This document shows, piece after piece, positions 1 to 8,661 of a stretch of 36,440 nt of DNA. The notes under the pieces were generated by a model. The model was given only the letters and a program-made list of their open reading frames with translations. It made no database searches and was not told where the DNA came from. The stretch's first letter is position 1; each line of letters starts with the position of its first letter. Origin of the DNA: a virus (taxonomy: Duplodnaviria > Heunggongvirae > Uroviricota > Caudoviricetes); IMG/VR virus record IMGVR_UViG_2778261172_000005, positions 1 through 36,440 of that record; one strand, written 5' to 3'. The position numbers and the translations under genes are program-made.

Positions 1-1362
1 ATGTTTAAACCGGAACTCCTTTCCCCGGCGGGAACGCTGAAAAATATGCGTTACGCTTTCGCTTATGGCGCAGATGCTGTTTATGCGGGCCAGCCGCGTT
101 ATTCCCTGCGTGTGCGCAACAACGAATTCAACCACGAAAATCTTCAGCTCGGCATCAATGAAGCCCACGCGCTGGGGAAAAAGTTTTATGTCGTGGTCAA
201 CATTGCACCGCACAACGCCAAGCTGAAAACCTTTATCCGTGACCTGAAACCGGTGGTGGAAATGGGGCCGGATGCGCTGATTATGTCCGATCCAGGGCTG
301 ATTATGCTGGTGCGTGAGCACTTCCCTGAAATGCCGATCCACCTTTCGGTGCAGGCTAACGCCGTGAACTGGGCGACGGTGAAATTCTGGCAGCAAATGG
401 GCCTGACCCGCGTGATCCTCTCTCGCGAGCTGTCGCTGGAAGAGATTGAAGAGATCCGCAATCAGGTGCCGGATATGGAGATCGAGATCTTCGTTCACGG
501 CGCGCTGTGCATGGCCTACTCCGGTCGCTGCCTGCTCTCTGGCTATATCAACAAGCGCGACCCGAACCAGGGCACCTGCACCAACGCCTGCCGCTGGGAG
601 TACAACGTCCAGGAAGGGAAAGAAGATGACGTTGGCAACATCGTACACAAGTACGAACCGATTCCGGTGCAAAATGTTGAGCCGACGCTGGGTATCGGCG
701 CGCCAACCGACAAAGTGTTTATGATCGAAGAAGCCCAGCGTCCGGGCGAGTATATGACCGCGTTTGAAGATGAGCACGGCACTTACATCATGAACTCGAA
801 AGATCTGCGCGCTATCGCCCATGTTGAACGCCTGACCAAAATGGGCGTGCATTCGCTGAAAATCGAAGGCCGTACCAAATCTTTCTACTATTGCGCACGC
901 ACCGCACAGGTTTATCGCAAAGCTATTGATGACGCCGCTGCGGGCAAACCGTTTGACACCAGCCTGCTGGAAACCCTTGAAGGCCTGGCGCATCGTGGCT
1001 ATACCGAAGGTTTCCTGCGTCGTCATACTCACGACGATTATCAGAACTACGAATACGGTTATTCAGTTTCTGACCGCCAGCAGTTTGTTGGTGAGTTTAC
1101 CGGTGAGCGCAAGGGGGACCTCGCGGCGGTAGCGGTGAAAAATAAATTCTCCGTTGGCGACAGCCTTGAGCTGATGACGCCGCAAGGCAACATTAATTTT
1201 ACCCTTGAGCACATGGAAAACGCCAAAGGTGAAGCTATGCCGGTCGCACCAGGCGATGGTTATACTGTGTGGCTCCCGGTCCCGCAGGATCTTGAGCTCA
1301 ATTACGCGCTGCTGATGCGTAATTTCTCCGGGGAAACCACGCGTAATCCCCACGGTAAGTGA
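1..1362 (+). CDS. yegQ: U32-family peptidase-like protein YegQ (tRNA hydroxylation protein TrhP), complete 453 aa
   Basis: Full ORF starting at window position 1. Sequence recognised as E. coli YegQ (MFKPELLSPAGTLKNMRYAFAYGADAVYAG...). K-12 has the same neighbourhood: yegQ, cyaR, a P2 remnant, yegR. Confidence 0.9.
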   Translation: MFKPELLSPAGTLKNMRYAFAYGADAVYAGQPRYSLRVRNNEFNHENLQLGINEAHALGKKFYVVVNIAPHNAKLKTFIRDLKPVVEMGPDALIMSDPGLIMLVREHFPEMPIHLSVQANAVNWATVKFWQQMGLTRVILSRELSLEEIEEIRNQVPDMEIEIFVHGALCMAYSGRCLLSGYINKRDPNQGTCTNACRWEYNVQEGKEDDVGNIVHKYEPIPVQNVEPTLGIGAPTDKVFMIEEAQRPGEYMTAFEDEHGTYIMNSKDLRAIAHVERLTKMGVHSLKIEGRTKSFYYCARTAQVYRKAIDDAAAGKPFDTSLLETLEGLAHRGYTEGFLRRHTHDDYQNYEYGYSVSDRQQFVGEFTGERKGDLAAVAVKNKFSVGDSLELMTPQGNINFTLEHMENAKGEAMPVAPGDGYTVWLPVPQDLELNYALLMRNFSGETTRNPHGK

Positions 1363-1396
1363 TTAATTTCGATTATTTTTCCCGGATGGAAAATTC

Positions 1397-1439
1397 TTAG
1401 AAACCGATCACATACAGCTGCATTTATTAAGGTTATCAT
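1397..1439 (+). promoter_or_regulatory. cyaR promoter: candidate CRP site TTAGA-N6-TCACA (1397-1412) and -10 TATCAT (1434-1439)
   Basis: The half-site TCACA is centred about 42 bp upstream of the predicted +1 (G1447). The -10 hexamer ends 7 nt before +1. CyaR is known to be CRP-activated. Confidence 0.5.
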
Positions 1440-1446
1440 CCGTTTC

Positions 1447-1533
1447 GCTGAAAAACATAACCCATAAAATGCTAGCTGTACCAGGAACCACCTCCTTAGC
1501 CTGTGTAATCTCCCTTACACGGGCTTATTTTTT
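1447..1533 (+). ncRNA. cyaR: Hfq-dependent sRNA CyaR (RyeE), 87 nt
   Basis: Matches remembered CyaR (GCUGAAAAACAUAACCCAUAAAAUGCUAGCUGUACCAGGAACCACCUCCUUAGCC...). Terminator hairpin AGCCTGTGTAA/TTACACGGGCT at 1498-1525 is followed by a T-run at 1528-1533. It lies between yegQ and the P2 element, as in K-12. Confidence 0.9.
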
Positions 1534-1534
1534 A
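1507..1534. repeat. att core, ogr-proximal junction (AATCTCCCTTACACGGGCTTATTTTTTA)
   Basis: 28/28 identical to 35938-35965. It contains the remembered P2 attP core (complement AAAAAATAAGCCCGTGTAAGGGAGATT) and overlaps the cyaR terminator. Confidence 0.9.
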
Positions 1535-1596
1535 CGCGTAATACAGTGAAATAAAAGGATTTATTTCTGGTCACGTCCACACATTGACCACATCGA

Positions 1597-1623
1597 CAAA
1601 AAAGCCCCTCGACTGAGGGGCTT
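1597..1623 (-). terminator. Rho-independent terminator downstream of ogr
   Basis: On the minus strand, stem AAGCCCCTC / GAGGGGCTT with loop AGTC, followed by TTTTTTG. It lies 12 nt past the ogr stop. Confidence 0.7.
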
Positions 1624-1634
1624 CCTGTTTGTAA

Positions 1635-1853
1635 TTACATCCACATAATTTGCTGCCCTGACGGCAACGGGTGCGGTCTTACGGCGTGGACTTCTCCCGG
1701 CTTCACGATGTATCGCTGTACCGACTCATAAGTGATGAACGTGGCGCTGCAATTCACGTTCTGGCACTGGTGATAACGCTCTTTTGTCGTGTCAGTGATA
1801 TAGCGACTTGTACGCGCATGTGCGGCATGCTGGCATAAAGGACAATGAAACAT
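1635..1853 (-). CDS. ogr: Ogr, zinc-finger activator of late transcription (72 aa)
   Basis: MFHCPLCQHAAHARTSRYITDTTKERYHQCQNVNCSATF has the CxxC...CxxxxC pattern. The internal Met at 1853 gives the P2 size of 72 aa. The 93-aa track ORF is an N-terminal over-extension. Confidence 0.9.
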   Translation of the reverse strand: MFHCPLCQHAAHARTSRYITDTTKERYHQCQNVNCSATFITYESVQRYIVKPGEVHAVRPHPLPSGQQIMWM

Positions 1854-1934
1854 CGCGAGCACCTCTTCCGGTTTTGTTGATGGTGCCATTTTAGTTAATT
1901 TATTCTTATAAAACAAACAGATAAAACAAAAACA

Positions 1935-3098
1935 TCACTCATCATCTTCTGTTTCGTACTCCACATCAGAAAGCCTGACCTCAAGCTCCAAGGACGTCGT
2001 GAAGCCGCTATTATTCAGAAAATGTGTCACCTTAGTGATTGTCCAGTCCTGCTCGTCTATGACGCGCTTAAAGCCTGACACTTTGACCGACGTTTCCGTG
2101 TAAATATCTGCCCGACCGGTAGCCAGACTGATGGAGAACTCCGCGACGCCCCGTTGCAGTTTGTCCCACTTCGCCTGAGCGGCGCGCATGGCCTGCGCTT
2201 TCGTGGCATATACCGTGGTCAGGGCAAAAACGTTGTCAGCCTCACCGGCCATGTATTCACCTTCGCGCGCTTCCGGTACTTTTGGCGCTTTCTTCTGCGT
2301 GACTGGTTTCGCTTTCGGGTGCTCCAGTGCGCGCAGGTGTTTTTCTTTCTTTTTGCGTTTCAGTTTTACCTTCTGCTTTTGCGGCTTCGGGTCTTTGGTG
2401 TGAAGCCACTTTGCCGTTACGCCGGTATAGGCTCCACGGTCAGCAATCGCAAAATGGTGGCGGTCGCCGTCGCTGCGGGTTATGGTGACCTGCGGGATTT
2501 TTTTACCGCTGGCCGTCACCCCCTGCCCCGCTTTGAGAAACAACAGTTTTCCCATTTTTACCGAGACCTCACCACCGTTGCGTTCTGCAAGACGGGTCAG
2601 GAATTTCGCATCAGACTCCTGCGACTGGTCGATGTGCGGGATTTTAATTCCTGCCAGTGACGGCGCGACACTGGCTTCCAGCCTGTTACGGGAGGCTATC
2701 GCCTCAACAATCGCACCGAGCGTGGTGTCATGCCAGGAGCCTTCACGGCGGGAATTGAGCGTCCCGCGAAAATCTGCACTCCGGGCGCGGATGGTAACCA
2801 CATCCGGTGCGCCCCGGTGTTCAACCTCATCAACGGTGAATTTCCCTTTGCATACCAGGGCAAAACCTTTCCAGCCGATATACACCGTCAGGACAGCGCC
2901 ACGAACCGGCAGCCCGACCTGCCCGTCGGCATCGTTCAGTTCAATATCAAGCTGGTCAGCCTCAAAGCCCCGGTTATCCGTCAGGGTCATGCTCATCAGA
3001 CGGTCGCTGATATTGCCGGTAATATCCCTGCTGTCGAGCATCAGCATGTAATCCGGTGTCAGCGTACTGCCTGCATCAAATGTCAGCGCATCCAGCAT
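1935..3098 (-). CDS. D: Tail/late control protein gpD (387 aa)
   Basis: Size and position are identical to P2 D. It is the last gene of the FI-FII-E-T-U-D operon. Confidence 0.9.
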   Translation of the reverse strand: MLDALTFDAGSTLTPDYMLMLDSRDITGNISDRLMSMTLTDNRGFEADQLDIELNDADGQVGLPVRGAVLTVYIGWKGFALVCKGKFTVDEVEHRGAPDVVTIRARSADFRGTLNSRREGSWHDTTLGAIVEAIASRNRLEASVAPSLAGIKIPHIDQSQESDAKFLTRLAERNGGEVSVKMGKLLFLKAGQGVTASGKKIPQVTITRSDGDRHHFAIADRGAYTGVTAKWLHTKDPKPQKQKVKLKRKKKEKHLRALEHPKAKPVTQKKAPKVPEAREGEYMAGEADNVFALTTVYATKAQAMRAAQAKWDKLQRGVAEFSISLATGRADIYTETSVKVSGFKRVIDEQDWTITKVTHFLNNSGFTTSLELEVRLSDVEYETEDDE

Positions 3099-3577
3099 TA
3101 TCCCGCCCCCGTCATACCCGTGAATTTAGTCGCCATACTGCCAGCCTTACCGATGAGCGATTCCGCCTGTTTACCTATATCGCCATAAAGCGCGGCCAGT
3201 GATTCATCAACGCGGGTAAGTGACAGCGTAAAATCAATTTTCCGGGGTGTGCCGTCTGCAAAGAAAATACTCCCTGTTTCACTCACCCTGCTGATGACAT
3301 ACATGCCGTAAATCATGCCGGTGCCATCCAGCAACGGCCACGCCCGGCCTTCCTCTGCCATCAGCCTGAGCGTGGTCATCGTCAGCTTGCCGCCGGTCAG
3401 TTCTGGATAAAGCACACCGGCAAGCGTGATGTTTTCCTCACCCACACCGAGAAACTGAAAGGCATCCCGTTTACCGATACGGGAATTTGACGGCCAGCGA
3501 TAATCTGATTCACGCTGCATGGTCTGGTGTGGCAGCGTCTGGCGCATAAAAACAAACATACCTAACGCGAGCATCAT
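3098..3577 (-). CDS. U: Tail protein gpU (159 aa)
   Basis: P2-collinear and 159 aa, with a 1-nt overlap with D. Confidence 0.9.
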   Translation of the reverse strand: MMLALGMFVFMRQTLPHQTMQRESDYRWPSNSRIGKRDAFQFLGVGEENITLAGVLYPELTGGKLTMTTLRLMAEEGRAWPLLDGTGMIYGMYVISRVSETGSIFFADGTPRKIDFTLSLTRVDESLAALYGDIGKQAESLIGKAGSMATKFTGMTGAG

Positions 3578-3591
3578 TTTTCGTCACCTCC

Positions 3592-6039
3592 TTAACCGTC
3601 ATGCATCATGCTGGCACGGGCGCGCGCACGTTTATCCCGCTCGTATTTTTCGAGTGCATCCTGTAACTGGCAGTCAAGCTGTGTCCCCGGCGCAGTACCA
3701 CCCGTAAGGCTGATGTGATATTCGTTTTTACTCTGGTCTACATAAGAGCGGCCAGCCGGTGCCGTGACCGGCTGATAAGCCTGATAGCCTGCATAAGAGC
3801 TGGTCGCCGGAATATACCCACCGGTGCCATACGTGGCGGCATGAGTCCTTGCGGCGGTCTGGTCAAGTGTGTCTGACTCTTTGTTGATAACACCGAGTTT
3901 TTCCAGTACCCAGTCAATACCGCTGCGCAGTTTGTTGAACGCATTAAGCGGCAGCATCAGCGCGTCAGCCAGTGCCTGCCCGAACATGACGCCCGTGTCA
4001 CGGCAACGGTTCAGGGTGTCCCGGGTGGCTTTGACCGGGGCAATCAGGTTTTTAAACCACTGCCACGCGGCCTGTAACTTTTCGCCCAGCCAGTCAAACA
4101 CCGGCTTAAGTGGCGTGAACAGTTCCCCCACCGGCGCAAATGCCGCTTTCAGCCCTTCCACCACACCGCCAAAGAATGCGCTGACAGGCTCCCAATATTT
4201 ACGGATAAGCAACGCCCCGGCGACAATGGCGGCCACCACGGCCACAACCGGCCAGCTAATCGCCCCGATGGCCGTCATAACAGCACTGCCAACCGTCGTG
4301 AAGATTGCCCCCATTGCGCCTGCTGCCGCGATGATGGCATTGATGCCAGTGATAACCGGCCAGGCTACGAGGCCAATGGCACCGATGACAGCAGTCAGCG
4401 CCAGTGCACCACCGACAATGAGGCCGATGGTTGACGCCAGTGATTTGTTTTTCTGTATCCAGCCGTCGAGTTTTAACACATACTTTGTGGCCGTCTGCGT
4501 GAGCTTACGCAGTGCGCCTTCCTGCTGGTCAAACAGGTCAGTCCCCACCGCCTCATAAGCGGATTGAAACTCCTTAAAGTCACCGCCGAGGTTGTCCTGC
4601 ATGATATTTACCAGCTCGGCGGTCTTCCCGTCTGAGGCTTTAAACGCAGCGGTCAGTTTGTCCAGCTTTCCAGTTGAGGCGGCAGTCATCAGCACGGCGG
4701 CGGCTGAGCTGGCCTCCTCCCCGAAAATGGTTTTCATGTATTCAGCCTGCTGGGCAGTACCGAGCCGGTTTTTCTCAAAACTGGCCTGCATTTCTTTCAG
4801 AATGGTAAATACTGGCCGGGTATTCCCCTTGCTGTCTGAGGTTTTCACGCCAAGCTCTTTCAGTGCATCCCATGCTTTTCCCGTCGGTGCCTGCAGGCGA
4901 CTTAACACGGCACGGCTTCCCGTCCCCGCCATTGAACCGGTAATTTTTGCATCATGCAGCGCCCCGACCATTGCGGCGGTTTCTTCAATGCTGACACCGG
5001 CATTTTTTGCCACAGGTGCGGCATAGGTCAGCGCATCGCTCATGCCGTCAAAATCGGCGGCGGTTTTGTTCATCGTCATGGAGAGAACATCCCCGATATG
5101 AGCGACCTTATCGTTTGAAAGCTGAAAGGCGGATTTCATCCCCATCAGCAGGGCGGCGTTTTCTTCCATCGTGCGGCGGTTCGCCAGTGCCATATTCAGC
5201 GTGACCGGCGTTGCCGCCTGAATGGCATCAACATCCCCACCGGCTTTCGCAATGATAATCTGTGCACCGGCCGCATCATCCGCCGAGGCGGCAGTATTGT
5301 CACCGAGCTGGCGCGCCTGCTTGCGGAGTGCGACCATTTCGGCGGAGTCTTTTGCCACACCTAGCACGGCCTGCAATTCTGAGTTTTTCTGCGCAAACTC
5401 ATAACCGGGCATCAGTAGCTTAACACCGGCCATCGTTCCCGCCGCCGCAATCCCCACACCGGCAGCGCCCACTGAGGCCATATTTCCGGCCAGTTCCTTT
5501 CCGGCCTGATAACGCTGTTTTACTGCGTTAAGTTTTGCCTGTTGCGCACTGACACGCGCCAGCGCATCACGCTGACGGTTAAGCTGTGCGGTGGTTTCAC
5601 TGATACGGTTTTTCAGTCCCTGCTCATCATGTGCAAGATTGCGGGTATTAATTCCCACAGCGGCCAGTTCCCGCTGCTGGCGTTTAACGGAATCTGTCAG
5701 GCGGTTATATTTCGCCTGTAAGTCCTCCGCCGCACGCTTTGCGGATTCCAGCACTTTCGCCTGAGCACGGGTCGGACGTTCGGTGTTTTTAAACTGTGTG
5801 GCAAGGGCTTCGGCTTCCTGCCGTGCCTTTTCAAGTGCATGACCAGTCACGGCGAGCTGTGCACTGGTCTTGCGGAATCCCTCAATACGGGATGCGTGAC
5901 CGTTCAGCTCGCGCAGTGATTTTTGTGTTTCCCGGATATCCCCCGACAGCGATTTGCTCGCTGTGCGGATGGATTTAAACGGGCGGGATGCCTGGTCAAC
6001 AGCCCTGAGCAATACCTGTAATTTTACATTGTTACTCAT
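3592..6039 (-). CDS. T: Tail tape measure protein gpT (815 aa)
   Basis: 815 aa as in P2. It has an Ala/Gly-rich central hydrophobic segment and a coiled-coil N-terminus. It follows E/E'. Confidence 0.9.
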   Translation of the reverse strand: MSNNVKLQVLLRAVDQASRPFKSIRTASKSLSGDIRETQKSLRELNGHASRIEGFRKTSAQLAVTGHALEKARQEAEALATQFKNTERPTRAQAKVLESAKRAAEDLQAKYNRLTDSVKRQQRELAAVGINTRNLAHDEQGLKNRISETTAQLNRQRDALARVSAQQAKLNAVKQRYQAGKELAGNMASVGAAGVGIAAAGTMAGVKLLMPGYEFAQKNSELQAVLGVAKDSAEMVALRKQARQLGDNTAASADDAAGAQIIIAKAGGDVDAIQAATPVTLNMALANRRTMEENAALLMGMKSAFQLSNDKVAHIGDVLSMTMNKTAADFDGMSDALTYAAPVAKNAGVSIEETAAMVGALHDAKITGSMAGTGSRAVLSRLQAPTGKAWDALKELGVKTSDSKGNTRPVFTILKEMQASFEKNRLGTAQQAEYMKTIFGEEASSAAAVLMTAASTGKLDKLTAAFKASDGKTAELVNIMQDNLGGDFKEFQSAYEAVGTDLFDQQEGALRKLTQTATKYVLKLDGWIQKNKSLASTIGLIVGGALALTAVIGAIGLVAWPVITGINAIIAAAGAMGAIFTTVGSAVMTAIGAISWPVVAVVAAIVAGALLIRKYWEPVSAFFGGVVEGLKAAFAPVGELFTPLKPVFDWLGEKLQAAWQWFKNLIAPVKATRDTLNRCRDTGVMFGQALADALMLPLNAFNKLRSGIDWVLEKLGVINKESDTLDQTAARTHAATYGTGGYIPATSSYAGYQAYQPVTAPAGRSYVDQSKNEYHISLTGGTAPGTQLDCQLQDALEKYERDKRARARASMMHDG

Positions 6040-6459
6040 TCGTGTTTCCGCTTCGCCGGAGCGCCTTTTCGCGCCATGTGATGAGTTCGGTCAGGCTCAT
6101 GGGATACAGTTCTGATGGCGGCCAGTGAAATATCACTGCCACATCCGCCATCAGGTCATCGACCGACAGATTTTTCGGGAACGTTACTGCACCGAGTTCG
6201 GCGACAAAAAACCAACCACCTTACCTGCCAGCGCCACAAGGTCAGGCAGTTCCAGCGCGGCGACTTCCTGCTCGGTCAGCATCGGTGCCGTCATGCGCGG
6301 CAGTACCTTAATCAGTGCATCGACTTCGGAGTTTGCAACCGCAGCCAGACTGACACCGCGCAGCGTCCCGGCACTGGGTTTCATCAGCGTGACCTGTTCG
6401 ATGACCTGCTCACCACGCTTGACCGGATTGTCCAGGGTAATGACATTTTCTTTGTTCAT
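6032..6459 (-). CDS. E+E': Tail assembly chaperone E+E' (142 aa) made by programmed -1 frameshift
   Basis: I translated by hand past the slippery site. After GGT TTT TTG the -1 frame reads VAELGAVTFPKNLSVDDLMADVAVIFHWPPSELYPMSLTELITWREKALRRSGNTNE, then TAA at 6032-6034. That is 85+57=142 aa, the P2 E+E' size, and it overlaps the T start. Confidence 0.85.
6184..6459 (-). CDS. E: Tail assembly chaperone gpE (91 aa, zero-frame product)
   Basis: 91 aa as in P2, located between FII and T. Confidence 0.9.
   Translation of the reverse strand: MNKENVITLDNPVKRGEQVIEQVTLMKPSAGTLRGVSLAAVANSEVDALIKVLPRMTAPMLTEQEVAALELPDLVALAGKVVGFLSPNSVQ
6205..6211 (-). other. Slippery heptamer T TTT TTG for the E/E' -1 frameshift
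   Basis: The plus strand reads CAAAAAA, so the minus strand reads TTTTTTG. In the E frame this is GGT TTT TTG, the classic X XXY YYZ arrangement known for P2. Confidence 0.85.
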
Positions 6460-6515
6460 GGTTTTCTCACTTCTGAATCGGGGTTAACCGGTCAGCCAAG
6501 CTGACCGGATGAAAA

Positions 6516-7034
6516 TCACAGGCCGATATTGCGGCGGTGTTGCTCCAGCCGGTCGACGCCGTTCACCTTCTCAATCATGTTGATGGTGTCGATTTCGACC
6601 AGCTCCTTACCGTCCATCGTCAGCCGGAAATAGGTGCAGACCACGGAGATTTTCGACTCGGTGTCTTCTCCCTGTTTGCCCTCGCCGGTGTCGATTTCTT
6701 TCTGACATCCACGCATGACCACCTCGACGGCCACCGTTTCGCCGGTATCGTCGCGCTGGTAAGAGCCTGCAAAACGAATCGGTACGGCATCCACACCGGT
6801 TGCGGCGTAAAGCTCCCAGATAACCGAATCCGGGAAGCCACCGAGCGACCACTCCATTGACAGCGCATCGTCATCAAGGCCGAGGTCTACCGGTGCGCTG
6901 CCGTTCATCCCCGCACCGCGATAGTTTTCGAGCTTACGGGTCAGTTTTGGCAGCGTGACGGACTTTGCAACGCCCTGATAGCTGTAGCCGTTCAGAAAGA
7001 CGTTCATTAACTTGAGTTTGCGCGGCATTGCCAT
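6516..7034 (-). CDS. FII: Tail tube protein gpFII (172 aa)
   Basis: P2-collinear, 172 aa. Confidence 0.9.
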   Translation of the reverse strand: MAMPRKLKLMNVFLNGYSYQGVAKSVTLPKLTRKLENYRGAGMNGSAPVDLGLDDDALSMEWSLGGFPDSVIWELYAATGVDAVPIRFAGSYQRDDTGETVAVEVVMRGCQKEIDTGEGKQGEDTESKISVVCTYFRLTMDGKELVEIDTINMIEKVNGVDRLEQHRRNIGL

Positions 7035-7046
7035 CGGTCAGGCTCC

Positions 7047-8237
7047 TTAATTGCTGTTAACCGAGGTGACCAGATTTGCCAGGTATTTATCGGTAATACG
7101 CTGGCGCAGGGTCAGGTTTTCAAGAGGAGGCACCGGTGTATAGTCGTAGTCGATATACAGTTTTCCGGCCTTGAGGGTTTCCGCATCGTTGGATTCTTCG
7201 CTGAACCAGCAGGTCGCATCCACGATATAGCCGTTTGTTTTCAGCTCACGGAATTTGGCATTGATGCCGTCAACGATGTCGCGAATCAGCGTTGCGGTGA
7301 TGGGCTTGTCCACCGCCCACATGTGCGCCTCAGCCATCGTGTCGGCCAGCACCTGCGCGGTGCGGGTGTAGTTTTCAAAGAGGAACAGCGGGTCATCAGA
7401 GCAGGTACGGTTACCCCAGAATCGGAAACCGTCGCGGCGAATAATCGTAGTGACGCCTGACTCGTTCAACAGGTCAGCATCGGTGCCGGACTCCTGCAAA
7501 TCCCAGAATACAGAAGCACTGATGCCGGTAACACCGTTTACCCCGACATTGGACAGCGTTTTATGCCAGCCCTGCTCCTGGTCGATTTTAGCGCGCAGAC
7601 CCAGCGCACGGGCGGTGGCATACGCGGTGGCGGTGGAGCTGCTGACCGTATCCCATGCGAGGAAATCCGGCCAGATGACCATCAGCTCACGCTGGCTGAA
7701 ATTCTGGCGGTAGGCTTTCACCTCGGAAATGGTTTTACAGCCCCATGCGCTGATATACCCGAAAGCGCGCAGCTTCTGACAGACTGATGCCAGTGCAACA
7801 GCCACCTCTTTGGTGTCCAGTCCCGGCACGCCGAGAATACGCGGTTTAACACCGGTTACTGACTCCGCCGCCAGCAGGGCTTTCAGTCCGGTGTACTGAC
7901 CGTTTTCGTCGGTGGTGCCGATGATATTGGAAACGGTCTGCGCGAGTTTCGTTTCTTCGTCTTCGCCGGTGCCGTCTTCCACACGCACGACAACGGTGAC
8001 CGGTTTTGACTGGTCGGCGATGGCCTGTAACGATGCCGCCAGCGTGCCTTTTTTACCGGCCTTTGCAATTGCGCTCTGGGCATTGGTAATCAGCACAGGT
8101 TTATTGAGGGGGAAGGTTTCCGCATCCGCATCGCTGGCCGTGCAGACCATGCCGACAATGGCAGTGGATACGGTGGAAATGACGCGGGTGCCGTCGTTAA
8201 TCTCCAGCACCTGCACGCCATGATGATAGTCACTCAT
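7047..8237 (-). CDS. FI: Contractile tail sheath protein gpFI (396 aa)
   Basis: P2-collinear, 396 aa, with SD GGAG 6 nt upstream of the ATG. Confidence 0.9.
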   Translation of the reverse strand: MSDYHHGVQVLEINDGTRVISTVSTAIVGMVCTASDADAETFPLNKPVLITNAQSAIAKAGKKGTLAASLQAIADQSKPVTVVVRVEDGTGEDEETKLAQTVSNIIGTTDENGQYTGLKALLAAESVTGVKPRILGVPGLDTKEVAVALASVCQKLRAFGYISAWGCKTISEVKAYRQNFSQRELMVIWPDFLAWDTVSSSTATAYATARALGLRAKIDQEQGWHKTLSNVGVNGVTGISASVFWDLQESGTDADLLNESGVTTIIRRDGFRFWGNRTCSDDPLFLFENYTRTAQVLADTMAEAHMWAVDKPITATLIRDIVDGINAKFRELKTNGYIVDATCWFSEESNDAETLKAGKLYIDYDYTPVPPLENLTLRQRITDKYLANLVTSVNSN

Positions 8238-8268
8238 CCGTTTAACTCCGTGGTTAATGGGTGCAACT

Positions 8269-8330
8269 ATTTTCTGTTGTGCAGAGCATGAGACGCTATT
8301 TGACCTGGCTGGTCAGTGGATGAAACAACA
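8269..8330 (-). promoter_or_regulatory. Candidate Ogr-dependent late promoter P_F: TGTTGT-N12-CCA (8330-8310) plus -10-like GAAAAT (8274-8269)
   Basis: The element and its spacing recur upstream of O: TGTTGT-N12-CCA with GAAACT 55 nt downstream, versus 56 nt here. It resembles the known P2/P4 late-promoter dyad TGT-N12-ACA centred near -55. Confidence 0.45.
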
Positions 8331-8333
8331 GAT

Positions 8334-8360
8334 AAAGAAAAGGCGGGCAATTCGCCCGCC
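8334..8360 (-). terminator. Rho-independent terminator closing the G-FI cargo island before P_F
   Basis: Stem GGCGGGC / GCCCGCC (8342-8348 and 8354-8360). On the minus strand it is followed by TTTTCTTTATC. Confidence 0.6.
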
Positions 8361-8420
8361 TGTCCTGATTTGTACTCACTCATTTTCCGACTGACAATTT
8401 ACATAACCCAAACGCTATCA

Positions 8421-8459
8421 ATTCTGACAGTCTGCTTTGAGCGAAAAGTGGAAGTTCGC
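8421..8459 (+). repeat. Cargo-island repeat, copy C (inverted relative to copies A and B)
   Basis: ATTCTGACAGTCTGCTTTGAGCGAAAAGTGGAAGTTCGC aligns with the reverse complements of 11051-11092 and 9894-9934. In the core there are 22 of 26 matches to copy B. It shares GAAGTT(C)GC with copy A. Confidence 0.7.
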
Positions 8460-8581
8460 AATTATCCTCACCACTGATAAGTAGCCTTTACTTACAATGT
8501 AATGTGTTAGCTAATGTAATAGGAGCTGAGCAGTGAATTATGAATGGATGCTTTAGTTCATATTTGGGAACAAATTACTGT

Positions 8582-8604
8582 AAAAAAAACCGGCTTACAC
8601 CGGT
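8582..8604 (-). terminator. Rho-independent terminator of the 305-aa gene
   Basis: On the minus strand, ACCGG-TGTAAG-CCGGT followed by TTTTTTTT. It lies 58 nt past the stop codon. Confidence 0.7.
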
Positions 8605-8661
8605 TTAAACTCGCTCGCGAGAATCACCCCCCAAATTATATGCAAAATTAAAAATACCAAT

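Noticed and set aside
2154-5404. Numerous 60-230 aa ORFs antisense to or out of frame with D, U and T (for example 2154-2660, 2482-3051, 3869-4558 and 4592-5026).
   Set aside because: They lie fully inside long P2-collinear genes. They have Ala/Arg/Ser/Pro-rich low-complexity translations typical of shadow ORFs, and they lack RBSs.
8267-8383. A 38-aa minus-strand ORF (MSEYKSGQAGELPAFSLSVVSSTDQPGQ...) upstream of FI.
   Set aside because: It reads straight through a terminator hairpin and the P_F promoter element, and its SD is weak. It is most likely fortuitous.
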